A DNA stretch of 64,000 nucleotides from Octopus bimaculoides (Eukaryota), in NCBI RefSeq assembly GCF_001194135.2, contig NC_068993.1, forward strand, positions 19,386,859-19,450,858, read 5' to 3'. How positions within the stretch are numbered: the first letter of the stretch is position 1; the number at the start of each line of letters is the position of its first letter. The position numbers and the translations under genes were made by a program. The notes under the pieces are model-generated. The model was not told the origin of the DNA, searched no databases, and saw only the letters and a list, made by a program, of their open reading frames with translations. This document shows, piece by piece, positions 13,480 through 26,446 of the stretch.

Positions 13480-13714
13480 CTATTTCTTTATTGCCCACAT
13501 GAGTCTAAACATAGAAGGGACAAACAAGGACAGACAAAGGGATTAAGTCGTTTATATCGACCCCAGTGCGTAACTGGTACTTAATTTATCGACCCCGAAA
13601 GGATGAAAGGCAAAGTCGACCCCGGCGGAATTTGAACTCAGAACGTAACGGCAGGCGAAATACCGCTAAGTATTTCACCCGGCGTGCTAACGTTTCTGCC
13701 AGCTCGCCGTCTTT
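13480..13714 (-). mobile_element. SINE family B, full length, perfect 18-bp TSD
   Basis: Head ggcgagctggcagaaacgttagcacgccggg, B-box gagttcaaattcc, core gtcgactttgcctttcatcctttcggggtcgataaattaagtaccag. TSD tgctttggcataagtttc at 13462-13479 and 13715-13732. Confidence 0.93.
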
Positions 13715-13860
13715 TGCTTTGGCATAAGTTTCTACGGCCTCCAACTTAGTTACTGAGGAAATCAGAAAGTGAAATGATCAATTTCCTGATACTTCAAGGT
13801 GTTTTAACTTATGGTATAAGACCCTAAGACTTATTTGAATAAATATGTACACATTATACA

Positions 13861-14030
13861 TGCAGGCGTGGGTGAGTGCAAAGAAGATTGCTTCCCAACC
13901 ACATGGTTCTAGGTTCAGTCCTACTACCTGGCACTTTGGGCAAGTGCCTTCTATTATAGTCTTGGGCCAACGAAAGCCTTGTAAGCGGATTTGGTCGATT
14001 GAAACTTAATGAAGCCCATCGTATATATGT
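13861..14030 (+). mobile_element. SINE family A, 5' module
   Basis: gcaggcgtgggtgag...ggttctaggttcagtcc...gaagcccatcgtata followed by a TG tract. Confidence 0.82.
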
Positions 14031-14091
14031 GTGTGTGTGCGTGTATGTGTTTGAGGTTATGTGTTATATTTGATACTTCTCTAGTAGTAGT

Positions 14092-14395
14092 GTGAAGGCG
14101 CGTGGTAGTTAGTGTATTCGGCTTACAATCGCGAGTTCGAAAGCCGGTGTCGCGTTGTGTCCTTGAGAAGATGGTTTATTTTACATTGTTCCAGCCGACT
14201 CAGGTAGTAAAAACGAGTACTACCTGTAATTCAACGAGCCAACCTTGTCACATTCTGTGTCACACCTATTCTTCCCGGAACTACGTTAAGGGTACGCGTG
14301 TATACGTGTCTGTGGAGCACTCAGCCACTTGCACGTTAATTTCACGAGCAGGCTGTTCCGTTGATCGGCTCAACTGGAACGCACCTCGTCGTAAC
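14092..14395 (+). mobile_element. tRNA-type SINE family C (central-domain variant 1)
   Basis: gtgaaggcgcgtgg head. The 3' body ctacgttaagggtac...ttgcacgttaatttcacgagcaggctgttccgttgatcgg is shared with 57983-58363 and 61512-61830. Confidence 0.85.
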
Positions 14396-14419
14396 AAATT
14401 ATAGGCTTCGGTTATGGTG

Positions 14420-14580
14420 TAGTTTGGGCTCGTGTCAATCCTTATTAATCAATTCGCTAAGATCAGCTTCAGCTTTTATTGAAGCATTGAGTACCTAGAA
14501 TTGCCTGATGTAACCCCTGCATGCCCTTTAAATGGATTTGCTGCTATTTCTAGTTGATCGAACGACTACGTAGAGGTTCC
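14420..14580 (-). mobile_element. Short interspersed repeat family D (class not determined)
   Basis: Reverse complement contains ctagaaatagcagcaaatcc, as in the copies at 18150, 43950 and 44895. Confidence 0.6.
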
Positions 14581-14860
14581 ATCATTGGCTTTGCTATACT
14601 TTAAACATATATATAACTGTAAGAATTTAAATTTGTCAATAACCTATAGTTATATGTATTTGCGATAATTCACGTCAGCTCACATACACTTATATCAACA
14701 AGAATAGTAGCAAATCCCATTGAAAGCGCACACAGTTTGCATCACGTGTGTAAAGTATTTTGAATATGAGCAGTTATTATTTACAAAGCTAAGTTCTCCA
14801 CCTCTCTCTCACCCTCTCCCATATACACACACACATACATACATGCATACACACACACAT

Positions 14861-14916
<56 letters not shown>

Positions 14917-15520
14917 GTATATCATTCTATTAATTAGCTAAATACGTAGTATTTCCTTTAAGTGTGCGTATGTAAATAAACTTTGGTTCAGATATGCATG
15001 CGTGTATATATCTATCTATATATATATATATATGTGCATGCACATGTTTAAGCACGTATAACAGTTAGCCGACATAGATGCATGCATTCATTGGTGAGGA
15101 TTCCGCTTCAGTGTACATGATTCGCAGTATGAAAACCTGAAAGTGAAAAATATACAGGAAATTAATCATTAAAAGTATATGTAATTGAAATTAAAAAAAG
15201 TACTGGTCGTCCTTTATCTTCCTGTATTTAATAAAATGCAAATATGAGATAGAAAATAACGTTATAGCAAAGAGAAACTAGAAACTATATGATAACACCG
15301 AAAATATATATGGTAGATGAATGTATCCAAATTACATATCAAAACACAGATGTAAGAAGGAAAGAGAGAAAAGAATGCAAAGAAGCTTACGAATTTGGCC
15401 TTGAGAATATCTTACTGAATCCGGATGAAAATTCTGTGGTCCTGGACGTGAATATAAGAGCAAATAAGAAGTTTTATATAAACATGCGCATAAACACTGT
15501 AGTGAAACATTTATGCATAT

Positions 15521-15994
15521 AGCGCTGGCGTGGTTGTGTAGTAAGAAGTTTGCTTCCCAACCGTATGGTTCCTGGTTCACTTCCACTGCGTAATACCTTA
15601 GGCAAGTGTCTTCTACTATAGCTACGCGCCAATCAAGGCCTTGTGAGGGGATTTGGTAGACGGAAACTGAAAGAAGCCCGTCCTGTATACATATATATAT
15701 ATGTGTGTATGTATGTGTGTGTGTGTTTGAGAGAGAGATAGAGAGAGAGAGAATATGCGTGTGCGTGCGTGTATGTGTGTGTGTGTCTATATATGTCTGT
15801 GTTTGACCCCCACCACCGCTTGATAATCATTGATGGTATGTTTACTTCCATGTAATTTGTGATTCGGCAAACGAATAAGTACCTGGTTTTAAAAAAAACG
15901 AAAATTAGTATTGGGTTCGATTAGTTCGACTATGATTCCCCAGGACGGTGTTCCAGCATGGCCGCAGTCGAATGACACAAGCAAATGAAAGAAT
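15521..15994 (+). mobile_element. SINE family A, full length with internal microsatellite
   Basis: 5' module, TA/TG/GA tract, then a 3' module ending ccagcatggccgcagtcgaatgacacaagcaaatgaaag. Confidence 0.88.
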
Positions 15995-16279
15995 GCAAAA
16001 AATATTTTTCCAGCCATATTTCTTAGCATTTATTCATAAATCTATGGTATTTATTGTTAGACATGGTATTTACTGTTTTATTGGGTTTATTCATTTGTTA
16101 TATGTATATTCATTAGGAAATAACTCTGGAAAAGAAACACAAACGTTGATACAGAAGCCTCCACTTACGACTTATGAATGGCAAATATTAAAGCAATAAT
16201 CAAAAAGGGTGGGGCAAGCAACGGGTGTTGGCTTCAAAGTTTGCAGCCTCAAATTTGACTGCACCAAGCAAAACAACAC

Positions 16280-16575
16280 TAGTAAAGTTGCAGCTGAACA
16301 CTTAAACAAGTCGAGAGGTCAGTTATCACAAGAAAGGTGACGGCCACAATAGCAGCAATAATATCAAATACTAAAATGATATTCACGACAATATCAAGAG
16401 ATAAATCAATGAAAGCAACATCCAGAACATGAACACCAACCATTATAATAGCAAGTGACACATCAAGAGGAGCAAAAGCATGAGCAGGAAAAAAATGAGC
16501 AACCGCGTGAAGTACAACAAAAACAACAACAGTAATGATCGATGGAGAAAATGCGACTACAACAACTACTAAAAG
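16280..16575. repeat. Degenerate 3-nt-periodic tract
   Basis: caa/gca/ata/aca periodic units. Confidence 0.65.
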
Positions 16576-18149
16576 ATGACTTCTTCATCTACGCATTTCT
16601 GCAAAAATGGCGTGGAGAAGTTTTGAAGGAATTCTATCCTGAAAGGATTTTGAAGGAAACTTAGAAGGGCCGCGAAAACGATTAACTCAGACTAAAATAG
16701 TTATGCGATAAGCTCGCCTTCTTTTGTGGTTCTACCTCCCTTCTAATAACATTGTATTATTAGTGGATGGTTGGAATAGAATCTGGACAGATGCATGATA
16801 GATATAACAACAACACTTCTTAACGTCATAAAAACGAGTGACTCATTGATCACTACACGTCTAAATATGTAAAAATGATGGGATAGGTAAACAGGTCCTA
16901 TGGAACAGCAACCAGCTTGCTGATTCAGAATTTTTAAGGAATGTCGTAGTGCGTTTAATGCGAACACACCATAATTCACATCTAGCATAAATGTTGGAAA
17001 AGGTGTCTTTTCAAAAGCTAAAATCCAAAGAAAATGTACTGCTTTTAACAGCTAAGTAATTATAAAATATATCGAAAGAAGTATAAGAAAAATGAACAAG
17101 ATAACCATAGCTAGAAGTGATAGTTTTTCTATTTTTATGTCTTGACAGACGAGTAATAAAAACACCGTTAAATTTTTCTAGGTTACCAAATCTAATGCTG
17201 TGAGTAAGAAGTTGTATTACACGCATCATCTGTCGTCACACTCAATGAAAGCCGCCCTACAAATATAAACGTAATATAATATCCAAACAAGAATGTAAGA
17301 CAAAACTTAAACCCTGACAAAGTTTCATGATTTCAGGAAAAGGCAAGTTTTTAAGTAGTTTGCTTCGCAATCACGTGTCTTTAGGGTCTATCACACTGTG
17401 AGGTACCTTAAGCATGCGTCTTCTGTTGTAACACCGGACCCACCAGTGTCTTGTGAGTGAATTTGATTAACAGAGACTGTATCCGTCGTATATATGTATG
17501 TTACTACCATGTGTGCATGTGCGTGTGTGTGTGTGTGTGTGAGTGTGTGTGTGTAAATGACCCGTCCACGCTAAAGAGCTACAAACATGTATGTGTATGT
17601 GTATGTATGTGTGTGTATGTATGCGTATGCATGTGTATAGATGCGTGCGCGCAAGCAGGTGTCGTATGTCTGTTTATTCTCATCACAATCGAATGACAGC
17701 AGCGCAGCAGAAAATACTCCTTCTAGCGCTCCTAAATTCTTGCAACGGAAAGAAAATAATGAAACGGAAACCATCTTAAATATAACTGACCAGCATACTA
17801 GAGAATAAAACAGTGAAAGACAAACGTTGCACACAAAGGAAACAATACCTATCATCTGAGAGAAAAAAAAAAAAAAAAGATAAGAAACAGAAAAAGAGTA
17901 AGCAAGATTTCTAAACAAGCATTTATTGTCTTACAATATTCAACAGAAACAACCATACGAACACCTAGTCACAAGAACAATTTATTCCCTACCCAAAACA
18001 TAATATTACTGAATAAACATTTATCACAAAATCAAAGGAGAGACAATTGTGACGGAAAAAATTAATGGAAATAGTTATAATACAGAGCTGATATAAAAAT
18101 CATGAAACATGATCAATGATATACTACAACAGAAGAATCTGTGGAAGTC

Positions 18150-18332
18150 TATAAGTGGTGGCTTGTCCTGTTAGAAATACTAGCCGAGATCCTTCAAATT
18201 AAACTCAGCTACCTTAAGAAAATGAAACATTGAAAGATATAGTTTTGGATTTGCTAAATTCGGAGTCACCAGGGCTGAATGGAATTGTTCAACATAAATC
18301 CTGAAAACCTTGATCTTGGACTAAACAACACT
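18150..18332 (+). mobile_element. Repeat family D
   Basis: gttagaaatactagccgagatccttcaaatt...cttgatcttggactaaacaacac matches the other D copies. Confidence 0.6.
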
Positions 18333-19116
18333 TTTAAAGTACAAAGAAACTTATCCAAGAAATGATGACAGTTTTTTGTGTCTCGAGTTCATGAGGAAGG
18401 GTGGCTCGCTCTCTAGTTTCAATGGAAAGCGATCATTAACGCTGCAACCCTTCTCTTCCCGACAGTAAGTAGCGGTTTTAAAGTGAGAATTAGTCAGTGC
18501 AGTCCCACCCTACGCTTTAGAAATAGAGATCTGATCGCAGCAGTTTAGCCGGTTAATACGGCTACTGTGGTCAACAAGCTGTAGGTTTTACATTCGGGTG
18601 AAATGTCTTACAGGGCTGATAAGCAGCGCTTACTTCCCCAGAAAATATAAGAGTTAATTAAGTACAATCCCTTTTTAATAAATTCATTCTGCAAAATTTA
18701 ACCCAAGGATAAACAACGAATAAAGCCATCAATATTCTCAAAAGAGTTGGTGTTGAGTTCTAATAGAGTAAACCTCTCCTCTTTCAATCTTGCCATTATA
18801 CATTACATCGCTAAGAGAGAAAACGCAGATGTTTACTCAACAATATAGAAGAAATGTAACATACAAAAGTATAAGATAATAAATCAAATAATAAAAAAGA
18901 AATAAAGAAAAACAAGAGATCCTTGAAGTAAAGAAAAGATTGGAACAATAAAAGAATGCTAGACAAAATCGTTTGCAAACGTGAATACTTTCAATCCAAA
19001 TAATGAGTTTGATATACATCTCTCTCTCTCTCTCTCTCTCTCTNNNNNNNNNNNNNNNNNNNNNNNNNNNNNNNNNNNNNNNNNNNNNNNNNNNNNNNNN
19101 NNNNNNNNNNNNNNNN

Positions 19117-19151
<35 letters not shown>

Positions 19152-21769
19152 TCTGTACGACTTTTTTACTCCTTGTTTTAGTCCGCCTCATATTTTCTTC
19201 CTTTTTCCTACTTTCTTTTTTCTCTCCTTTCTTTTCTCGCTCCCCCTCTTTCACATTTCTTAGCCTTCTTTCTTTTTAATCTACTTATTTTTCATCGTTT
19301 ATCATCCTTGTACCTTCTCTACGTCCCCTTGATTTTTCTCTTTCTTCTCCCACTAATTCTTCAATCCCTCTGCCTCTACTTCTTTCCTTTCCCCCTACGT
19401 GACCGGTGTTCGGCCAGGCATGATCTTTCTTTCTTGGCTCGACTGCCAGACACGAAGCACCTCTTATTCCTGTCTCCTGACTTTCATCTCTGATGTTCAT
19501 CTATGTTCCTGCCTCAAGGCTTTCACTCCACACACACACCAGATTGACTTGATTCGTTTGTATTAATCGAAAGGCTCCTGTTGTTTTTTTTTTGTTGTTG
19601 CTTGTATTTGTAATTGAGTAAAATTTTCTCCGCTTCTTTGACTTTTTGTCTTTGTTGTCGTATACATTTGCTTGCTTTCTCCCCAAATATTTAATGCTCT
19701 TAGCTTAGATTTCTGGGGCCAGTCTGATTTGAACAATCTCAAGTGTAACCCGCCGAAACTGTAAGAATAACCTGGAAACTTGACTGATGAAAGAAGGCCA
19801 CGAATAGCCTTACCTTGATTGTCCTATCCATCTTTTTTTTTTGTTTTTGTTTTTCCTGTCCGTCTTCATATCGTCTACCTGTCCGAATGTTTTATTGTTT
19901 ATTGCGTTNNNNNNNNNNNNNNNNNNNNNNNNNNNNNNNNNNNNNNNNNNNNNNNNNNNNNNNNNNNNNNNNNNNNNNNNNNNNNNNNNNNNNNNNNNNN
20001 NNNNNNNNNNNNNNNNNNNNNNNNNNNNNNNNNNNNNNNNNNNNNNNNNNNNNNNNNNNNNNNNNNNNNNNNNNNNNNNNNNNNNNNNNNNNNNNNNNNN
20101 NNNNNNNNNNNNNNNNNNNNNNNNNNNNNNNNNNNNNNNNNNNNNNNNNNNNNNNNNNNNNNNNNNNNNNNNNNNNNNNNNNNNNNNNNNNNNNNNNNNN
20201 NNNNNNNNNNNNNNNNNNNNNNNNNNNNNNNNNNNNNNNNNNNNNNNNNNNNNNNNNNNNNNNNNNNNNNNNNNNNNNNNNNNNNNNNNNNNNNNNNNNN
20301 NNNNNNNNNNNNNNNNNNNNNNNNNNNNNNNNNNNNNNNNNNNNNNNNNNNNNNNNNNNNNNNNNNNNNNNNNNNNNNNNNNNNNNNNNNNNNNNNNNNN
20401 NNNNNNNNNNNNNNNNNNNNNNNNNNNNNNNNNNNNNNNNNNNNNNNNNNNNNNNNNNNNNNNNNNNNNNNNNNNNNNNNNNNNNNAGGTATTTTTATGG
20501 AATTTAGTGTACTTACAGACACAGAAATAAATTCTATTGGACGGTATTGAGATATACATAACATTGCTCTAACAAACAACAACTGAAATTCAATCTCATT
20601 GAGAAACTTACAGGTCAGAAATGCACAGTGCAATGGATATTCACAATGATTCAGGTATCAGGGAGGGGGGGGGAAAGCAAAACAGAATAGTCTCATAAGC
20701 ATGGACCAGCATAAACAGTTTCGGCAAACAATGATATTCAACAGCATGATCAAGACAGCTGGATTCGAAATTGATAGATTTCCCAATTTCTGCCTAAAGA
20801 CTTCACCAGTGGACACAAAGCTGTAGCAACAACGTCCAATTAATTACTAAATATACCAGATTCGGCACACGACTTGTTACTGGAGAGAAAATCAATATTA
20901 AATGCCAGCAACCAAAACACCAGTACCCTGAAATTTCCTTAACAATAGTATGTTTGCCGTGAATTTTTAATGCTGTGTGACTTCTATGCTTTTTAACTAG
21001 GAGACAGTACATTACTGGAGGAGCAGAAGGATCATCAAATGGGTATAAATGGATATAAAGAACAGCTGTTGATAAATTAAATGCAAACATTTAAGTATGG
21101 CATAGATTAATTAATAATGTAATTTCTATATACTTTTGACTTAATTAAAACAATTATCTAATCAAATCAAGAATGACTAACAATGATGCAGTGAAGTTAT
21201 AAACCAACTTTTTGTTTTATATTAATCTCGCATTAAACTAGAGACATCATCCAGCACAGTAAGTAAATGAAAGAAACTTTAATTCGACAAAGATATTAAA
21301 ATGGTGGTGGAATAACGCAAATGTACGAACAGGATTAAAATTATCATAGTTCATTATTATAAAGTTGAATTTCAACAGCGGTATTAATGAATTAAAATCA
21401 ACTCACGTGTTCAAGGATTTATTAAATTAAAAATAATGAAAGTTAAAATCAAAATAGATTACTACAAAAAGAAAAAAACAAGTATGAAATTAATGCTAGA
21501 TATAAGGTAATACGTATAAGTAGCCTTGGTATGTTGTTCTGAACAGTAGTTTCAATGTAATATATTGGCATTCGAATAAACTAAATTGAAGATATAGGAT
21601 AATCACATAAAAACTATTCACTGCATTCTACACTCATCATACTAATACTGATATAGATTGACTTTATTCAGGACGAACGAACTTTCGTACAAATTAGAAA
21701 ATAATCCCACTTAGCAAGACAAATGAAGATGTATGTATGTATGCATGTATGTATATTTATATGTATATA

Positions 21770-21787
21770 TGTATACATATATATATA

Positions 21788-21870
<83 letters not shown>
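21770..21870. repeat. (TA)n microsatellite
   Basis: Long, near-pure TA run. Confidence 0.97.
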
Positions 21871-21871
<1 letters not shown>

Positions 21872-22034
21872 CAATACCACACGCACGCACACGCACACAC
21901 ACACACGCACACACACTGTATGTAATGTACAATCAGAGCATAACTGTAAAATAAACTAAAAATAGAACAGAGATCTAAAAAGTACAACTCTGCATGATCA
22001 GCGTCCTGCAGGATTGGACAGACGGGAAATGAAT

Positions 22035-22480
22035 TAATATGAAAGCTAACAATGGCTCGAAACCGCTAGACTAAAAGCAAAAATGGATATTCCGATTTTA
22101 GCTGCAACAGATCAATGTTCTACCCTCCTCTTAATTTCCAAAATGAAATAATAACACAAGAATCTAACATTATCTGCATATTATGCAATCAACATGAAGA
22201 AACAATCGATCACATCATATCCGGTTCTACAGTCCAGGAAACGCCTGTATATAACCACAAACATGGCTTGGTAAGTAAGTTAATCTATTTTGTACAACAA
22301 AGTAGACATTTTCACTAAGAACCTCGAAATAGAAATATCTAAAGTGTGTGGATAGAAAATGAAAACTGTACCAATATCTAATAGAGTTTCGGGTATTATG
22401 AAATAAAATGTCAATATGAAAAATAGAAAAACGCATCAAGATTTAGAACTCTACAGCCCAGTCTACATACCAGCAATGAC
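22035..22480 (+). mobile_element. Decayed R4/Dong-like non-LTR retrotransposon fragment (CCHC knuckle and end of the restriction-like endonuclease)
   Basis: Translates, with breaks, to WLETARLKAKMDIPILAATDQC, CILCNQHEETIDHIISG and KNLEIEISKV..KMKTVPI. These match the WL..LK.ETE..I.AAQDQ, CxxC...H...C and KDLEIEI motifs. Confidence 0.8.
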
Positions 22481-22770
22481 AGCGTCTTCATAGAGTTTTT
22501 AAAATAACTTACCCCAACAAAACCTTAAATTATAAAACAGATTTTTTCAAACGTAATCACCATTAATAAAATAACATGAAACAATGAATCAATCTCAACA
22601 ACACAATAAACTAGATATATCATAATCACTTTTCTTTTCACCAAAACATCCACACTTTCAAGAACGTAGAGATTTACTCGGTATTACTATAAAATTCTCG
22701 CATAAAACCGAGAAAGCGCAATATTGATGGGCAACTCTGGCATATATTCAGACATAGAGTTATGAGTATA

Positions 22771-22962
22771 ATCTTTTCTACTATAGACACAAGGCCTGAA
22801 ATTAGATCGACGCCAGTATGCAATTGGTACTTAATTTATCGACCCCCGAAAGGATGAAAGACAAAGTCGACCTAGGCGGAATTTGAACTCAGAACGCATA
22901 GACAAATGAAATGCCACTAAGCATTTCGCCCGGCGTGCTAACGATTCTGCCAGCTCACCGCA
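22771..22962 (-). mobile_element. SINE family B
   Basis: Head, B-box and core as at 13480; tail type gtgtctatagtagaaaagat. Confidence 0.9.
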
Positions 22963-23774
22963 TTATACAGTTGCGAGAATGCTACAGTTTATATCGACTC
23001 TATACAGAATGAAAGACAAATACGGAACATGTAGAATTTTAACCAAGACCAAGAGACGTAAGTAAATGACGCAAGATACTTTGTGAGGAAAAAATGAATT
23101 TCTAATACACTTACAAAACCACTATTCATTTAAAACGTAATGAATTAAATCGATTTCTAACCTAGTTACATAATTAGAATAAGCGGGTAATTTGCTGAAT
23201 TTTACACATACTGTACGCGGTATTGCATTAATATAATACAACAATAGTTCTGCACCAGCACATCTTCAGGTGAGTAAGGTCTGGAGCACTGTTGAATCAT
23301 CTTTAATTTCCTTTTGTTTTATACTCTTACGCTTTTTTGGCATTCCATTGACAACGAGTAAAGAGATCCAAAATAGAAAAATCATTAAAAAGAAACCAAA
23401 AATTAACGAAAATAAAGAATCAAAATATAAAAGAGATGAAAACGCCCTGTTCACCCCCATTCTTAAGCACAGACTTATTTCGACTTTTATGAAGATAGAT
23501 AAACACCGTGAAATTATAATGTTGTAAATAAATAGACAGGAGGAACTACTAGTCTCTTGTATCTATCAGCGTTCTACTTCAAAGGAGATCATTGGCGTGT
23601 GGTCAGTTCATTATCATAGTGGGATACCGAACTTGCTTGCTTGTATACTTAAATTTGTTTGCTTATAAACTTAATTTTGGCTGTCAGTAGGCCTCACCAT
23701 AGTTGCTTTACCATTCATTAAGAGAGGTTATTAAATCAAGAAGACTTAATCGCACGCATCCTAATACATACATA

Positions 23775-24124
23775 CATGATGATGGCTGCCCCCTCGTTAT
23801 CGAGTATGGCCATTGCACGAAGCTTAACTTAACGGTGCTGTGATCGAATGTGACGTTTTAGCCCAGCCAAAGATCTACAATATCTTTCACAGAGTTGGCA
23901 TCCAAAACCTTTACTAGCAATAGCTGGCTGTTGTTGTAATTGGGCTCCATGTACCTTTGCGTGTCGTTTAAGTCCTCCTGCTGAATCACACTCCCTTCCA
24001 CATGCCCGACAGACATGACCAGTATGGTGTGTAGCATCATCACCAGCGGCCTGGTAGTCAATCATCGGTCTTGCTTTATGACTACGAAGATGACTCATAA
24101 GCCCAGCTTTACTGAGGCACGGTC
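23775..24124 (-). mobile_element. 3' end of an RTE-like LINE: ORF C-terminus with three C2H2 fingers plus a short 3' tail
   Basis: Open frame PCLSKAGLMSHLRSH / CRACGRECDSAGGLKRHAKVH / CQLCERYCRSLAGLKRHIRSQH, then a stop and the tail gcaatggccatactcgataacgagggggcagccatcatcat plus (GTAT)n. It sits in a (TACA)n tract and has no splice context. Confidence 0.72.
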
Positions 24125-24299
24125 ATACATACATACATACATACATACATACATTTACGTTGTACACACATGGACACACATAAACATAGATATATATATA
24201 TACACACACAGATACACACATGTACATATATATATTTTATTTGACACTAATATATATACTTATGTTCATCTTTCGTCTCTTATTTTCACCAACTTCAAG

Positions 24300-24604
24300 A
24301 ATTTTTAGTCGAATGAATCAACTCCAGTCCTTATGTCTGGTACTCATTCTATCGGAGTCTTTTACCGAGCCGCTATGCTACGGGAACATAAACTCACCAA
24401 CACCGGTTGTCAAACGACGATGATGAGGGACAAGCACAGACACAAGGACACACACACACGGACGCACATGCAAGCGAGCATGCACACACGCGCACGTGAT
24501 GGGCTTCTTTCAGTTTCTGTCTACCAAATCCACCCACGAAGGAAAGATCACGGAACCATGTGCTGGGAAAGCAAGATTCTTACCATGCATCTGCGTTTGC
24601 ACCT
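24300..24604 (-). mobile_element. SINE family A, internally deleted
   Basis: gggcttctttcagtttctgtctaccaaatcc and ctatcggagtc...gccgctatgctacggg modules around a CA tract. Confidence 0.8.
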
Positions 24605-24605
24605 A

Positions 24606-25062
24606 TAACTTTGATAACTTTGATAGGTTTCGGCTAGTATAGGCCCAAGCCATGTCTACCTCAATAGCACCACCTGGTGAAGTCTTTTAGTCATATATGG
24701 GCACCATAGCCCACTCTAGCAAAGAGTTATTATTGTTGGAGACATATCCAGGTGTAGGAGGTTGGTCCGGGATTTTTTGAAGAAATTTGTCCAGTGAACA
24801 TTTGAATTTTATGGGATCCGTTTCCGTTTTGACATATTTTGGTACGGTATTAAAGAGAGCTGGACCGGTTGAAATGACATAATTGTGACGTAATGTTATG
24901 TCTACCGAGTTCGATTTTTGTAGCGGGCGGATAGCACGGGGTTCAAGTCTTAGATGGATTTTAAAATTGATGCCAACATCATGTGTGCTATATTGATAGA
25001 ATATTCTCCACATAGCACAAATGATGTATCGCTCCCGGCGGCGTTGGAAAGAGTACATACAA
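24606..25062 (-). mobile_element. 5'-truncated LINE, CR1/L2-group ORF2 C-terminus plus 3' UTR
   Basis: YSFQRRRERYII...GPALFNTVPK...FKCSLDKFLQKIPDQPPTPGY...NSLL, followed by a tail with tatcaaag repeats. Confidence 0.85.
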
Positions 25063-25188
25063 ATACTTATCTAAACACAATTTTTGCTCTCATGAATTTG
25101 TACCTTTCCATGCTGTTCTACTAATGATCTACCAAATACGCTCTTATGTGACTCCTTTATTATCTATTTCAATTCTTTCAGAGTTTAG

Positions 25189-25241
<53 letters not shown>

Positions 25242-26320
25242 CCAAATAATATTTGAGTGTGGTCTTATTGGGTTTGTACGTTCAGACCTATTTATTTCTA
25301 AATATCGTGATATTTTTTCATGCAGAATAATGTTGCTACGGACAAATATGTTTTATTCATTCTATAATGAGGTTTCTGCAGGTGCATATATATACATCAT
25401 TATGCCATGGTAAACATATCTATCCAACAGTTACTCCCCTTTTAGCTAAATAACGATGCAAAGGTACAAATTATTAAGAAATGGCAAAATTTAGGTAAAC
25501 GGCAGTATTGTCATACTAGTAATTAAAAAAAAAAAAAGGAAAAAAAACTATTATTACATTTTTGAGTAAATAAAGGATTTCAGAACAATTTAGAACAATT
25601 TCAGAATACTTGATGATGATGTTGTCATTGGTTAACATCATTTCTAGCGTTTCTTCCAGGCAAAGATTGCAATGATTCTTGAAGCTGTCGCTCGCTTTAC
25701 TTATTTATGCTATTACAGTATATTCATATACAATGTCTCTGCGTAAGCACTCGTTCGCCAAAACTCATTCTAATCTCTAGAATTCCACTTTTTTCATATC
25801 ACTATTTGCTAGCAGGTTACCACTTGTGTTAAGTTTTTATATTTTTCTTTGTAATGGCGATGATGCTGTTGTTAATGCTGATATGTTTATATTCTCCATT
25901 CTCCTTACTGTTATTGTCAGTATTATTACTATTAGCGCTTACACCATTCCCGTCGTTACTCATATCATCTATGTTAAAGTTCATATTCCCACTTCTATTA
26001 CGATCATTTGGACTACTGCGTTTATGACCCCCCCCCCCACGCCATTATGGTTGTCCCTAGTTGTTGGACTAATGCTATTTCGACGATAATTTCAGAATTT
26101 GAGATGGCTAGATTCAGCTTCGTATTGCTAAGTTTATGAATATAATATACGAGGTTATTAGAAGTTTCGTCGTATGGTACTAAAAATTTTATAGTGTATA
26201 CTGGATGTAAGAACATGTCTATCTTATGCGGAGAAAAAATGTCTCGCAATTTTAGATGATGCATGTAAACTGAACACCGAACTAAATCATAAAATGCTAC
26301 CGTTATTAGAATTATTATGA

Positions 26321-26446
26321 AGGCGGTGAGCTGGCAGAATTGTTAACACGCCGGACGAAATGCTTAGCTGTATTTCGTCTGGGTTCAAATTCTGCGCATG
26401 TCGACTTTGCCTTTCATCCTTTCGGGGTTGATAAATTAAGTACCAG
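26321..26446 (+). mobile_element. SINE family B, 3'-incomplete
   Basis: aggcggtgagctggcagaa head and gtcgactttgcctttcatcctttcgggg core. Confidence 0.88.

Noticed and set aside
16790-17150. Possible ancient RTE-like C-terminal remnant (ITTRLNM*K*W...FRIFKE...IRKMN)
   Set aside because: The motif match is too weak to call without a profile search.
19745-19815. ccGAAAC-u-GUA followed by CUGAUGA
   Set aside because: The required stems do not pair.
22035-22075. tatga-aAGCTAacaaTGGCTc-GAAACcgcta looks like a hammerhead
   Set aside because: No CUGANGA, and the same bases encode the WLETARLKA motif of the R4/Dong-like ORF, so the resemblance is coincidental.
23240-23280. Consensus donor site CAG|GTGAGT
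   Set aside because: No polypyrimidine tract, acceptor or ORF upstream.
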